Shown here: positions 12,701 through 50,814 of the stretch, one piece after another
Layout of the letters: each line of letters opens with the position of its first letter
Numbering within the stretch: the first letter of the stretch is position 1
Assembly (NCBI GenBank): GCA_965203295.1
Contig: CBDBCZ010000017.1
Location: forward strand, 1,472,001 to 1,536,000
From: Nitrospirales bacterium
GTDB lineage: Bacteria; Nitrospirota; Nitrospiria; Nitrospirales; UBA8639
Direction: 5' to 3'
Length of the DNA: 64,000 nucleotides
Position numbers and translations under genes: made by a program
Notes under the pieces: model-generated
What the model was told of the DNA's origin: nothing
What the model saw: only the letters and a program-made list of their open reading frames with translations
Database searches by the model: none

Positions 12701-15700
12701 ACAAGTGAATTCCTTGTCATTCTAATTTCCTGCCAGCCTCAATCCTGCACTTGCAAGTTGGGAATCAGTCCAACATATCACACCAAAGCATTAATGCATT
12801 ATGCGTGGCCTGTGAGATTATTATATTATTTCTGTCTATTTGTGAGACTCCATGTGCACGTGGATATTTACTACAGGCATAACAGCTATTTGTGCTATAC
12901 TGTGAGTGTGGTTCAAAAGTGTAAAAGTAGCAGTCTGTAAGTCTAACTGCCAATTACATATAATTAGAGCACCTTCTAACAATCTAGCCTCGTTCCCAGG
13001 CCTCCGCACAGCTTTTGTCGCTTGCAGGAACGAGGCTACTAACAATCATAATTGGCAGTTATAGAGTTGTCATACATTATGCAAAAGATGTAGAGAATAG
13101 CTATATACATGCTGTCCAGGGCTAATGACTGAAGAGTTTTTTGCTTTTCTCCAATTGTTCTATGCATCATTGAAAAAAGGTTACTTCAACAATGAAGGAC
13201 AAATAGTACACATTACGTGTATCATATAAAACCTGTGAATAGGTGGGAAATTGATTATGCATGGTCTCAAACTATACCACTTCTCAATAGGCACAAAGTC
13301 TAGCTCTCACATACCACAACGTCAACATACTTACGGTACACTCCACTCCTGACAGTTGTTTCTAATCGCTTTGCCCAGTAATATAATAGCCAATTGGATT
13401 GTTAGCTCCAAGAGGCAGCCATATGTGGGACACTCAAGTAGCCGCACGTCTCCATATCGGCTATACCCTCCAGGATAGCCGATGAACCTGAATAATGTGC
13501 ACATAGTACATAGGTTCACCATTACCATGTCATGTAGTATGGTAGAACTCCATACATGAATGTCATGTAGTATGTAGTGTTGTTTTAGTTAACTGAAACT
13601 AAAAACAAAAAGTGTTTTAGTTGGAGCAAAAACAGATTTAGTTAACTAACTAAAACTAAAACTTCAAGGGCACTGGCCTCTGGGAATAAACTATAACTAA
13701 GCTAATATTTTTTTCGCCAAAATCAACACGTTTATATACATGGTTAACTAATACTAAAAGTGTTTAGTTGACTAACTAAAACTAAAATTATACTTTGTTC
13801 TTTATTAACTTTTTTACTAAAACTAAATCTAATTATGTAAAGCCATACTAAAACAACACTAGCCTAGTATGGTAGAACTCCGTACATAAATGTAGGGTGG
13901 AATGCATGAAAAAATGTATGGTTTCCGCACGTAACATGTTCATAGCTCTGATCATGATCCAGATGAAGTCATAGGCTTTTTTTTTTAATGAGCCTTCTCA
14001 GTGTATTAACAAGACTGATAGTGTAACTGAAGAGCATCGCTAAAGTGATATTGGAAAGTTGCCAGCCGGCAAATTGACCATCTTTGTAGGAGAGTTACAA
14101 CAGCCCAGTAACAGCTTGTACAGCAAAAGGACCTACCAGAAGACTGTGAAAAGGTACTCGGTATGTTATGAGTGCCAGTGTAGCTATACCTACTAATAAG
14201 AAGTCTAGACTATTATAGCTAGGTTATCTGCCAATAAATACGCATGATGAATCCTTGTGTATATACCACGCTAGCCATCATAGCAGTTTGCTATTATCAC
14301 TAAAGCAAGTTTCTGCTAATCTCTCTGCGTGGTGCTGCATTCTTAACCGCGTCCTAAACTACCCCATGTAATTGGTGCTGCAAAATGCACCATTTTCAAA
14401 CACATTTACTGCATGGGCTTCATATGCTCCCAAACATACGGTACTCCAGTGCAATGCCATAAAGAACTTGAAATTAGACACTTACTTTCCCTTGTAGAAG
14501 GCAATATAGAAGATGGAAGTATAGTAGTTGACACTCTCAAAGATATACATCTTGGTGATAAAACTATCATCATAGTCACTTTGAGTGCGATGAAGCTCTG
14601 GGTAAAAAAAATGAAAAAAAAACCTGATGCTATTTTTAATTGAGGAAAGACAGGTGCACACTTAAAATCCTAACTCTTTTGCTCTTTAGGTGTATATACC
14701 CAACACTTACCCCAGTCATTCAGTGATCTTGCAAGGTATTCATACACTTTGTTCAGGACTTCAATGGCAAACACTTGGAGGGCAGCCCCAGTGGTTGAAA
14801 CGACAATGTCCACAATGGTGGGCCTGTTTTCATCACCAGCATGAAGGTGGTAGAGCCACCCACTGATAGCAAGGCGATAGATGAACACAGCCATGAAAGC
14901 ACCAAAGACAACTCCAGCCTGTGTGTCAAGGGTAATTGCATGAGCAATAGGCAAGGTAATTGCATGAGCGAAGCGGGTGCAATTTTTCCTATTGCAAATG
15001 CAATTATTCCCAAATAGCACGAGAATACATGTGATTCCATGTTAATCATATATCATCACAGCTCCTATAGCTATAGCCTTTGTTGAACTAAAAAAGACTT
15101 AGTGTGTGATTACAGAAAGTGTGCAATTATGGAAATAATCGCACTCTTGTCTATAGGGGTAAATGTACTGTTACAAATATACCATGTGATTAATAGAGGA
15201 ATAACCAGCTCTCCTTTCATAGTCGGTTATCAAGCACCAATTTTAGTGACAATCAAGTTTCCACATAGAGTGTACGTATTTCCATGCAGTTCATGACAAT
15301 TCAACTAGCACGATTTGGCATCAAAATTTATACTATAGTTTAGTGAGCCTTGTTCTCCATTAAGATAGAGCCTGAGGCATGGTTGTGCTGATCTTCCTTC
15401 ACTATTCTTAGAGACACTGCATGTTTCTGAAGTACACAGCACTTAATTACTAGTACATGTATATAGGCTGCATGGCCCTGTTAAAAAGAGCCACCATCTC
15501 TTTCATCTGTCAATTAGAGGGAGGGAAAAAGAATGAGATCCAAGTGAGAATGGAACTCCAAGACTTCCTAAATAACTAGGATATGTATCACCTCTCTTGC
15601 TCACACTTAATGAGTAAGATTAGAAATTATCATGTGAAAATAGAAAGCGTTAAATATATAATGCTAACTTTGTCAGTTACTGGATTCAAGTTGTCGTTTT

Positions 15701-18700
15701 TTCCTGGAAAATTAATCTTTTTCTCCAATTGCATGGCAAATTTAGCATTCACTACTGTGTGTCACCTCCCTTGCCACACTCATTCTATGAGATCCAGGAA
15801 ATACGGCTACATTGAAAACTTGCCATAGTGAATAGGACGGAAAATGAGAAGACCACTTTAGGATAGAACCAGTAAGCCGGTTGGATGTATTGCATTTCCT
15901 TTAGAACCGCATTAACGATGAAAAATTTCCTGCGATCCTTTGGCTTTGAATTTCTAATGTGTTGCTTGATGATATGAACAAATTCAGGTCGGGCGCGCTC
16001 CTAAACAATCAGAGAGAAGAGGGAAGAGGCTCAAAATGTGATTGTAAGATGTGGCAACTATTGATACAACTACGCATATCATATGAGCCCTGCCCCTAAT
16101 GGAAGTTCAGAGATATACCACTTTGAGTGCAGTGACACGATTGAAATACACATAGGAGTAATATTTGATGGGACTACCACATGTGACTCTCAGAAACACT
16201 TGCTACTCAATTTTGATAACCTGGCATGCATTTCAGATGTGTGGTGATATTCCCAAAATGGTGGAGGTATGTATATACTTACTACTAGCCTTGTTCTACT
16301 CAAATGTGGCCTGGGTACGAGGCTAACTTACTACTGGCAGGAAAATCCATGTTTTAGAGAAAGAGGGATCTGCAGTCTTCTAGTGTGTTTTTAAATGCTT
16401 ACACTATGTCATTCATCAATTTATCACACATACCTCAAACATCAGTTGGTTTTAGCTAGCTATGGCACTCCAAGCTGCTCTAAAGTCAACAGTCCATTGT
16501 ATGGTTGCTAGCCTCATGCCCAGGCCTGGCTCATTGCGTTGAGCCTGGGCACGAGGCCATATGGTTGCTTACCACATGACTTAGAGTACTGGAACAGCTT
16601 GTACTGTGGGACTTGTAATAAAATATCAGTCGCGCGTAACAATTAGGCAACCCCACTGACTTCTGCACATTCATGAAATGGAATATATTCATACCTCAGC
16701 AGCTTTGTAATTCAGCACATCCCAGTCATACTGCAAGTGAAATTGACGCCGTTTCCAGAACTCCAAAAACAGTACAGCTGCAAAAGACATGTTATGTACG
16801 TTCATCTGTTATTGTATACGTGTCATAGAAACTTTACAAAACGTAAATGGTGCTTGGTAGTTTCACATCTCAAAAGGGTGCTTTAGCTGGAGTACTAAGC
16901 TATAGGTCTCAGAGATAGCCCACTCACCCCAGAACGCCATGAAAATGGCAAAGAACACTGTTCCTCCATTGTCAAAGAGTAACATCAACTGCAATTGTGC
17001 ACAGAAGATCCCATCAATGTCACTTGTCATACCACACTAATTCTCACTGGAACAAGCTGAACATGTGTGCCCCTCTCCAAGAGCATGTTTTGTGCATGTG
17101 TCATAACAGCATACCACATTATAGCATACATACGTACCAGTCTATTCGGTAGGTAGCTATGGAGACCATTTGAATGCCAGCTAGATTGCAATTGGAAAGT
17201 TCAGCTGCTAATCAAGGTAGAACATAAACGCAGGCATGGGTGTGAGCTCATACTTACTTTGGCAGCTGAGCAAGTATCTCTGAGCCACCAGAAATCACAT
17301 TGTTCATCACACAGAGGGCACATGTAGTAATCAGTCCGGTTTTCCTCCCTGCAAATATCAGCACTGCAATGGAAAATAGACATTGTACAAATGATGCACA
17401 TGCATGTATGTATGTATGTATATATGCAACCTGCTAACACCTTGGAAGCACATGCACAATGAAACAGTCGAATCAGAACTATTGCTGTACTATATTTGGT
17501 TGCTTTCATGTTTGTTTAGGATGTAACAGCCTGTTAAGCTGCAGTTTACTTGGCCTGAACTGTTACTGAGCTGAGCCCTGCGAGTTTCACTTAAAACTTT
17601 CCTGCTTGCAAGGTTTAATATGTTTCTCAAACTTTGAACTCTTGTACTGACATTGCACTAGCAATGACAGGTGTGTATTTCACAAAAAGGTTCTCATTCA
17701 CTTTGCACATGAACTGATTGACTATATTAATTAAATACAAGTCATAGACGAGATTCCAACTTACGCCACAGCATTGTTGCCGAGGGCCAGAGTTGAAAGG
17801 CCGTAGAAGAAAACGATGAGTCCAACAAAGGACGCTGGAATCAGCCAGGTAGTGTAGAATCCAAGACAGGCAAAGTACATTGCCAGCTGCTCTCCAAAGT
17901 ACCTCCTGCATGCATACAATTAGATAAACATTGTATGCATACCACCTTTCAGCAGCAGCGTGTATAGATTTATGTGCAAACTATACTATACACCATCAGA
18001 ATATCCCAATTTTACAAGAATGTGATATCCTCGAATCAGACAGTCATTTTTTGAACTGTATTTGTTAAGCTATTTTCTTAGTTAAATACCTCCACCAGAA
18101 AATGCTATAGCCACACACCTGATATTATCCAATGGCTGAGCTTTGTACCAGTTCTTCCATTGGGCCCAGCGGTAGTAGAGCAACTGACGGTCAGTCTCAA
18201 TCCTCTCTCCCTCCTTAACCTTATAGGGCCCCTGTATAAAGCAAAGGAAAGAAGAAAATAGCACAAAGTGTGAGTCAAAACATTAAAGATTATTGGATAT
18301 TACGTACAGCATTATTTGAGTTCAAAACAGCTGTATCTAGGCAGCATTCTGGATATTAAGAAACGCTTTTGGACAATGTATTTGTGTAACCTGTCTAGAA
18401 ATATGAGTGCGAGGACTCCATGTGCATAGAAAATGACTGGCCTCACCTCAAAAGTGCACCACTTTTGTCTCTTTACTGGACCATTTTGACTCATGTTAGT
18501 GATTTCGTGGTTGTTGCAAGTACGACTATGCATTTTATGAATGAATAACTGCAAATTTTGTGCGACTCCGGCTTGGTAAATGGTTTGAAGTAGCTGCTAA
18601 TAGGAGCAGAAAGAACTGAGGAGTCGCAAAATCATCAGACTGTTCGACAGGCCGGGGGTAAGCATAGGTCTGGAAGTGAGACTACACTCCACTCAGGAGT

Positions 18701-21700
18701 CAAATAATTGAGTTTTGTCATCAATGAGTAAACAACTACTATACTAATTTATATTTGCCTGGCAGGCATGCTAATGGTGTACCAAGCTCTTAATGGACCA
18801 GCAGCTATGAGGATTGTGTAAGTACAGTAAAGTATGTATTGTCCGCCCATAACCCCCTTTGAGTAAAATTTACGTCGGAGAATAATAATGTACTTAGTAT
18901 CTATCTGCCAGCTGGGCTGCCTATTCAAAATCATGAGAACCTGCCAGTTTTCGCTGTGCCTATTTTGAGGAAAAGGATTAAAGACACCTGTGTGATGACA
19001 CTTTGATAATCATTGAACAGGTTATAGCTCTCATGGAGCGTATCTTAGCATCCAGAATCTGAGTGAGGAGTTGGAGTTGAGAATTAAAAAACGTTCCCAG
19101 TACATACTTTGCTACGGAGGATTGTTAGCCACGCCTAGCCTGGCCAGATAGCTCAGTTTTACATTTTTAACAGTGATGGAATAAAACTGTTAACATCGAG
19201 ACCAGTTGGTCACAGACTATAGACCTAGCCCTGCCCCCTCAGTATTTATTTGCTGTCGGACCAGCTGCTGTGAGGATTGTGTAAGTAAGCCAGCAGTAGG
19301 GCTGCCCATTCAAAATCAGGAGAGCTTCGTTGTGTCTGTTTTTGGAGAAAAAAGATTGAAGATACCTACAGCTGTGTGATGACACTTTGATGTCTTATGA
19401 TGATCACACACTACTCTGCTGTTAACTCACTTTATCTATCATAAACATGAACCAGAGAATCTGAATGTCAATAGTCTATCAGCTTTCATGTAGGTTTCTG
19501 CTTGCTTACCTCATGCAGAGGGTAGGCTGCCGTGAATGTGTGATCATGTAGTAGATGGTGCAGACCAATTGCATCGTGGCTGGGGTCATCTCTTTCATCA
19601 GCACTTCTCACATTTTGCAGGATTTCCCACGTCTGCATTAGAAGACAGAAGTTGTACAATCATGTATAAGAGAGCTTTTATCATGTGTGCCTATGATGCA
19701 TTTATGCATGCACAGCTGGTAAAGAGTATATTGATTCAAGGGTTCCTGGATCGTTTTTATAAAGGGATCCATGTTATCTATGGACTTGTAGCTGAGGCTT
19801 CCTCTATACGCAGGATTGAACTCACTATCGCACTTCTCTGAGCACTGGTAAAAAATGTGTCCTTGTCCCAATCTTGAAAACTGTAGATAGACAAACATAC
19901 AGAAATACTTATTCTACAGGAATGTGAGGTTTGTTAATAGCAGCCTGACGATGAAGAAGATGCACCTAGTCCTGTTCTTTATGACAATATTTTCTAGACA
20001 CATGGCTATGTGATGAAACGTGCTTTACAGAAGCTAAAAAGGCAGCATGATGCGTAATAATGTTGTGCAGTTGAGCCCTGCCATTGACAGAATCTCAGCA
20101 CTATGAACGCAGTGATGCAATTAAAATACATTAATCTTCATTTTATACCTGAAAACTTCCACATAAATTAATCATATATAGAAATCGTACATAGCCTAGG
20201 TTAGATACTACACAAGTAATTTGTGTAAGTTAATTCCTGCCAGAATCTCAGCACTATGAACGCAGTGATGCAATTAAAATACACAATGGAATAATCTTCA
20301 TTTTATACCTGAAAACTTCCACATAAATTAATCATATAATAAATTAATAATAAATTAAATTTAAATTAAAAATTAAATAATAATAAATTAAATTTAAATT
20401 AAAAAATTAAATAATAATAAATTAAATTAAATTTTACGTAGATACTACACAAGTGATTTATGTAAGTTAATTCCTGCCCCCAATCGGATCACAAAATAAG
20501 AAACCTCTCACCTTTCCCTGTGTTCATATTTGAATGGAGCAGTGAATCGGCTGGGGACTTCAAGATGCTCATCCTCGGGTTTAAGAGGTTCAAAAGGGTC
20601 CTTCACATCAATGCTGTCAAAGAACAACTCCCGCCAGCTGAGAATCTCTTCTGTTATATCTGAGTCCTATTGGGATGAAAATCTAATTATTGTGAGGTGA
20701 TAGGAGTGTAGTAAAGTACTGTTATGTATGCTATGATGTAATGTGATTATGTATTGTAGGGATTTCCCCCTCTAGGCATGTCTGTCTGCATGGCTGTCCA
20801 TCTTTCAAAGAGATTCATGATTGTCTCATTCTCAGACCCACGTGCACAAATTCACCTGATCATAGGTCCTGTATCACCTCAAGATACCCTTCATACACTG
20901 ACCTTCAGGGGCATGTTGAGAAACATTCTTTCTGCTCGACAAAGTAAAGCTTCATGAGTGCAGTGAATGAAGTATGTTTCCGGCTCATCTAACTCCTATG
21001 AGAGAATTGCATACCACCAATATCAACTATAGACTGTCAATGACTTTGTGTATAATGTAATCAAATGGGGTGCACTGCAGTAATAATAGCTTGTCATGTG
21101 TACATTACTTAAATAATACAATTTTGATCCTAATTCTACAAGTTTCAGATCCCAATTCCTATCTAATCTTTAATAAAATGAATCTGTATCTGAATTAGCT
21201 CTGCCACTCAATACTGAACAGCTGGTCATGTTTACTTTACTTACTTTACGACATAATTTTAATCTAGACCTAATCCATTATGTTTCATAATCTATTTGGT
21301 CCTAATCTAATCCTTAATACAACTATCTGAATTAGCTCTGCTCTGATTTGCAGCTATCCTATTTGGTTAAATCCAATCCAATGACGTTATCAATGCAGAT
21401 CTTCCAATGAACAGCTTTCCTCTAAGAAATAAAGCTTTACATGTGCAAATACAAACAAAATGCGTCGAATGTGAATAAATAATACATGCTCACAGATTTG
21501 CTGTTCTTGGGTTCATAGTCCAGCCCCTTCTCCAAACACGCCCGCAGGAAGTACTCCCGCTTGGCTCTCCGCTCCTCCCTGTTCTCCTCCGTGATCTCAC
21601 TTATCCGAGCACAAGGGTTGAAGCGACTGTGCGTCACCTTACCAAGATGGAGCCTCAGCTGCTCTTCTTCGTAGGTCAAGACAAAGTCTGCATACACAGG

Positions 21701-24031
21701 AAAAAATGAAAATTTCCAGAAATGCGTTAAAAGGAAGGAAATCTGGTATTTCAGGAACAGGGTAGTATATGATAGGCAGAGTTTCCTCTAAAATCATGAA
21801 ATTCTGCCCTATCCTGTACCTGAAAACCACAGATTTCCCGTCAAATTTCCTTAAAACGCATTTCATGATAATCCACTTTTTTGCTGTGATGTGCAGAGAT
21901 GTAAGTACAGTTATTAAAGCGGAGTCAGGTGACACTCCCACTGACTGTATCCACACTTATAATTTGCAATGTTTGTGGGTGTACAGTGTGCATACGTGAC
22001 GGAAACAGAAACAGAAGCCCCATGTGTGCATTCCCTGATACACTTTTACTGATCTGACCCTATACCCATGTATGAAAGAAACATGTCAAAGTGAAGCACG
22101 TGTCTAGATAGAAGTATAAGCGTTAGTTGGGTGAGGGCAAAACTGCATGGAGGCACAATAAAACTCTACCTAAGGGTATTTTCCTGGTACAATGCCTTAG
22201 CTCTGACTACATACATGTACACAACATGGCTAAACACCATTCATCTGCATGCCTTTATAAAAGCAAATAGCTGTACATGTATATTGGGCGTGAGGCCGAG
22301 ATTAGGTTGTATCGTACATCCTGTAGGCGTGCCAGCTTCCTGTGGCTGTATATAAACATTCGTGTGAGGTGGAACTTCCCTATGATAGCAATTTTGGACC
22401 TGGAAACAGGAACTACTTACTACATAATGAAGTGGACATTATGTTTCCTTATATAATCATTTCTTTACAGCTAAAGTTATAGTGCTCCAAAAGTTTGTTC
22501 TCCGTGGTATACATGAAAGCAAATGTCATGCAGTTCTAATTTTGGTACATCTAATCCTGCACCTCTTAGCAATCCTCCTTGTGTATAAATGCTTCACCAG
22601 CTAAGCTGATTTAGATAGTTCCTCGCTGGGTGCATACAGGTGGAGAATAGTCTAGGGAAGGCCTGGCGCATGCATATCTTATGATTACGTAGATTTTGAC
22701 TTCACTAATTAAAGGTAGATGGGGAATGTAATCAGTAAACTCTGCTCTTATTGCCCCGCGTGCTCAATATTCTTAGATGGCAAAGAAGATTCGAATAAAG
22801 ATATCACACGCAGTGATGTAATCAAAATATGCGGAGACTCCAATATAATATTATGTCATCATTATTACTCTCACCAATTTGGCTCTTGCCATCCTTAAAC
22901 ACAATGGCCGGCTTTGCCTGAAGAGGGAAGAAATGAACAATTCAACGGATCGAGACAAAATGACTATGTCTTCAAAAGGAATTATTCACCAGCTGCTTCT
23001 GATAAAGGGAGGGGGGAGAGCACGCTGTGATGTCACTCTATCTTCCCCAGTGTGCTGACTCTACGTATCTACTAGTATACTATAATAGTTAGCATGAATT
23101 CCAGCTATCGTTGTACAGTGGAACTCCTCTTAACTCTTTACCAACCAATGACGCACATATGCATCATGAGCTCCCATAAGCCCTTATGAATTTATATGGG
23201 GCTTCAAATACTAGGCGTTAATACTTATAACAGTCTTTTCTACTTCTTTAAGCTGTTTCTTATGGTTGGTAAAGGCTATGCACCCTGAAATAAGGGCACC
23301 TCTCTATTAAGACACTTTGCTATATTCTGGAAAATTAAAGGTACATGATTACATACGTATCAGTCGCTGGTACTGGGCAATTTGAATTGGGTTCTGCTCA
23401 GTCTATTACAGGAATTAAGCTGGTGCTTCTCGAAAAGGTACAAAAGGCGGGCCAAATGTATTTAGCTAGCATGATCAGAACAAGCAACTATAGCTCTGAA
23501 AATCCGCTGCAGTTTTGCATGCTTGCAGCTGTAGATATTTCGTTCCAGCAATCTTAGGGGCTTGAGCGTGGCTGTACATGTATCACAGCTCCGAAGTGAA
23601 CAGCTTGTGTGCAGTGGGGGGTACAGCTAACTTTGAAAATCCGCTGCAGTTTTGCATTCTTGCAGCTGCATGTAGATAATTCGTCCCAGCAAATTTGGGG
23701 TTTCAGCTCCCAGTTTGTGTACAGTGGGGACTACAGTTAGCTTTTTAAAAAAAACAGCAGCTGTAGATATTTCGTCCCAGCAAATTTTGGGGCTTGCGCG
23801 TGGCTGTGTCACAGCTCCTAGCTTTATATGTGCAGTGGGGGCTACAACTAGCTTTTAAAAAAAACATTACTACTTTGATCATAATTATGAGGCTGCAGCG
23901 AAACTAGACCCGACCCGACTGACCTCTGCTGTCCCTAGCAGCTGCAGCTCTTCCTCGTCAGTAGCGTGGCCGTCTTCATCAAACGTCTGCAGGGCTCGGG
24001 CAGCCTCAGCATCTTCAGTTGGCGCAGCCAT
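9722..24031 (-). CDS. ANO: Anoctamin/TMEM16 family gene, paralog B; complete, 21 exons, about 1026 aa
   Basis: Exons: 23924-24031, 22875-22917, 21494-21687, 20903-20995, 20512-20666, 19826-19880, 19510-19632, 18119-18231, 17765-17905, 17258-17363 (YMCPLCD), 16928-16988 ([17 protein letters not shown]), 16695-16777 (FLEFWKRRQ), 15824-16000 (GC donor), 14711-14918, 14486-14597 ([11 protein letters not shown]), 13335-13487 ([10 protein letters not shown]), 12406-12524, 12115-12267 ([27 protein letters not shown]), 10759-11362, 10233-10323, 9722-9910 (WLVPDVP..TGA). The sum is 3081 nt and the frame is open throughout. Confidence 0.93.
13575..13861. mobile_element. AT-rich MITE with a 15-bp perfect TIR
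   Basis: TAGTGTTGTTTTAGT ... ACTAAAACAACACTA with internal AACTAAAACT repeats. Confidence 0.7.
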
Positions 24032-25298
24032 TACAAAATTACGGTATGACTGTCAGTAGTCGATCGGTAGCTTCCGCGCGCACTGCATGCACGCGCTGGT
24101 ACTTTAAAGATACGTACGTGCATAAATTACGAATTCCTTGAATAATGAGGACACTGGTGTCAATCGCGGTCACCTGTGTAATGTGCAGAAAATTTAGCGT
24201 TGTTATAATATAGTTAACGGAACAAAAAATGAATGAATGATTCAATAACCCCCGATGAGGAGAATGTATTATACATAAACGCATCATTAGCCAAACTCTT
24301 TCAAACAACCGAAATTTACTTCTGCGCATGCGCTCTTGGTACAATTTTGTGTGGTACTTTTACACAGTTAATAAATAACGCTACATGTACATGTACATGT
24401 ACCCACTGCACATTATTATATAGCAATATATTATACGTTTAGGGTTGAGTAAATTAGGGGTAGGGCTGGCGCCGCTACGCAGTTTATAGATTTATAGAAT
24501 CAATGTCATGCCGACTAGGCCTTGATGGATTATTCTTTTTTTTCTACCTATTATTCTATTCTTTTATTCTTGAAAGTCTTACTTATTATTCTTTTCATTC
24601 TACCTATTCTTTTTATTGCACCTACACCTGTATCATTCTCATAAAAGTAATACAAAAAGTGAACCAAAACTGGTCCAGAAGAAGCCATCTATAGTGACAC
24701 ACCATGAAGAAACTTATGAACCATCATTATACAGCAACATGGAATTATGCCAGCAATTATTTGGTCACAGGTTGCAAAACAATTATTTTCCACAGGACAA
24801 ATTCAATCATAGTCTGGAAAGGGATGTGACTCACGAGTCATGTGACCCCAAAACTTACCCATTACATGTATTCTTTTTTGGGCCAAAATGGCAACCTATT
24901 ATTCTCGAATTCTTAATTCTTTTTGCTACCTATTACTCTCAAAATTATGCCAGCACAATTTATCAGGGCCTAATCACAACTCTCACAATTCTTGTTGGCT
25001 ACAAATAAAATTCTTTTAATAGCAATAAGGGGGAAAAACACAATACAGGTGTTTATTCAAATAAAATTATAACAACCATATCCGGTGTGTCCTGTGCATG
25101 CTAATCACTGCTATACTACAAAGATTGGGAATTCTCAAATCTACACTGTACATCTCTAAACTAAAACACCTCCGGTGGAGAATGAATGAACTCAACAAAC
25201 AATAGGTCAATCATAACCGACTAGAGTACTATATTCTAATATTATGGTACACTCGAGTTCTCGCAGCTCAAATAATCGGCAAGGAGCTCGGCCGAGGG

Positions 25299-49414
<24,116 letters not shown>

Positions 49415-50258
49415 TTTTTGCGTTCAGTCGACTGCACGCGGTGAAGGCAGATTCATAGGCCAATAAAAACTCTGCCACGAGCTTTCTCAAGAGTCTCTGC
49501 AAGAAGGCTGGACGTCAAAGGAATGTGGCCTCGCCCAAAATTACTACCTGTGACGAAACTCCATACCCCATGTGTACGTGTACGTGTATATATGCGCAGA
49601 TTCTCCTGCGCAGGTAAAGTAGTGACCTTCGACCTTTTCGCATCTCATAATGATATGCAGCTGGAACAGCAGTACATTAGTCCCAAACAGTCCTCAAGGC
49701 AAGGTATACACAGAGCTCGATCGAATTTGGCAAAAACCTTGCAACAAGCGTACCCTGCATGCAGTGGAGACTATGCAAATTCTAAAAAAAAGAAGAGGTA
49801 CATAGTCTACGTTCCAGACCCTCCACACACACAGTCTCGCGGGCCAGACTTCACTCCTGCAAGACTACCACACACACAAATTTCTGACGGGGTACGGTGG
49901 CGGCGTGTGTTGAGGGTCTGAAACCAGACTAATAGGTAACATGCTTTAACCAAGCTAGCAGAGCAGGTTCTGTGGTTTTCTACTCTTAGCAGTATAGTCT
50001 GTTGCAAGCATGCTGCAAATCTGGGCCTAAATCAGCACAGTAAATCCTCAGATAAAACTACAGGTCAGTGACCGAGCCTTCGCAGCGTTTTTGCAACAAA
50101 CAGCAACTGTGAAGAACCCACAAAAATTAATACGAAGTGGAGGGGGTGGCCAATGATACACGAGCCTCACCCACCGTGCATGCAGCGCATCCATCCCGCG
50201 ACCGCACCTAGCTACCAATTGCGCGGCAGACGTACGGCACAAACTATGTCTACAGTAC

Positions 50259-50435
50259 CTTTGCGTCCTCGGAGAGAGAGGGTCCGGTGCCGCCGCTTCG
50301 CTCCAGCAGTTGCAGCTCTTCGACCTGGTCTTCCTCGCCCGTAGCCGGTTTCTTAATAGGCTCGCCGGGCTCGGCGTCCTTTTCTTCGACTAGCGCGGAA
50401 AACCCGATAGGTCTGGCGCCCTCGTCAGATGCCAT
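50259..50435 (-). CDS. ANO-C candidate first coding exon V3 (59 codons)
   Basis: caaaATGGCA start. Encodes MASDEGARPIGFSALVEEKD...VEELQLLERSGGTGPSLSEDAK and ends AAG|GTACTG, phase 0. EELQLL is shared with exon 1 of paralogs A and B. Confidence 0.78.
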
Positions 50436-50814
50436 TTTGACTTCGCCTTTTTTATTTTTGCCTCCCCCAAGAAAGAAAATTGGATCAGGTAATTTGACCT
50501 GGAACCCGGACAGGTTTGCAGTACCGGAATGAGACTGTACGTGAACGAAAAATTGAGGTCGAAGGCCACTGCACTACTCTAGGGGGGTACAGCATGTACA
50601 GGTTAAAGCAACGCAGAGAGAACCCTGAGCGATGGATTGTGCTAGTCTACAGTATGGAAAGTGTAATGTATGTATTCATTGATACACATGCATACAGTCT
50701 CGCGCCGACGTAACATATTAGGCATGAGACTACGTAACACAAACATTCGCCCCAAGTTAGGAAACCATACCCATAGATACCGCACCTAATGAGCAATTAG
50801 AGTGTCTTGCATAG

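Noticed and set aside
20088..20480. Local direct duplications in introns (also about 2205-2590 and 23490-23860)
   Set aside because: Ordinary intronic tandem duplications with no coding or splice-site content.
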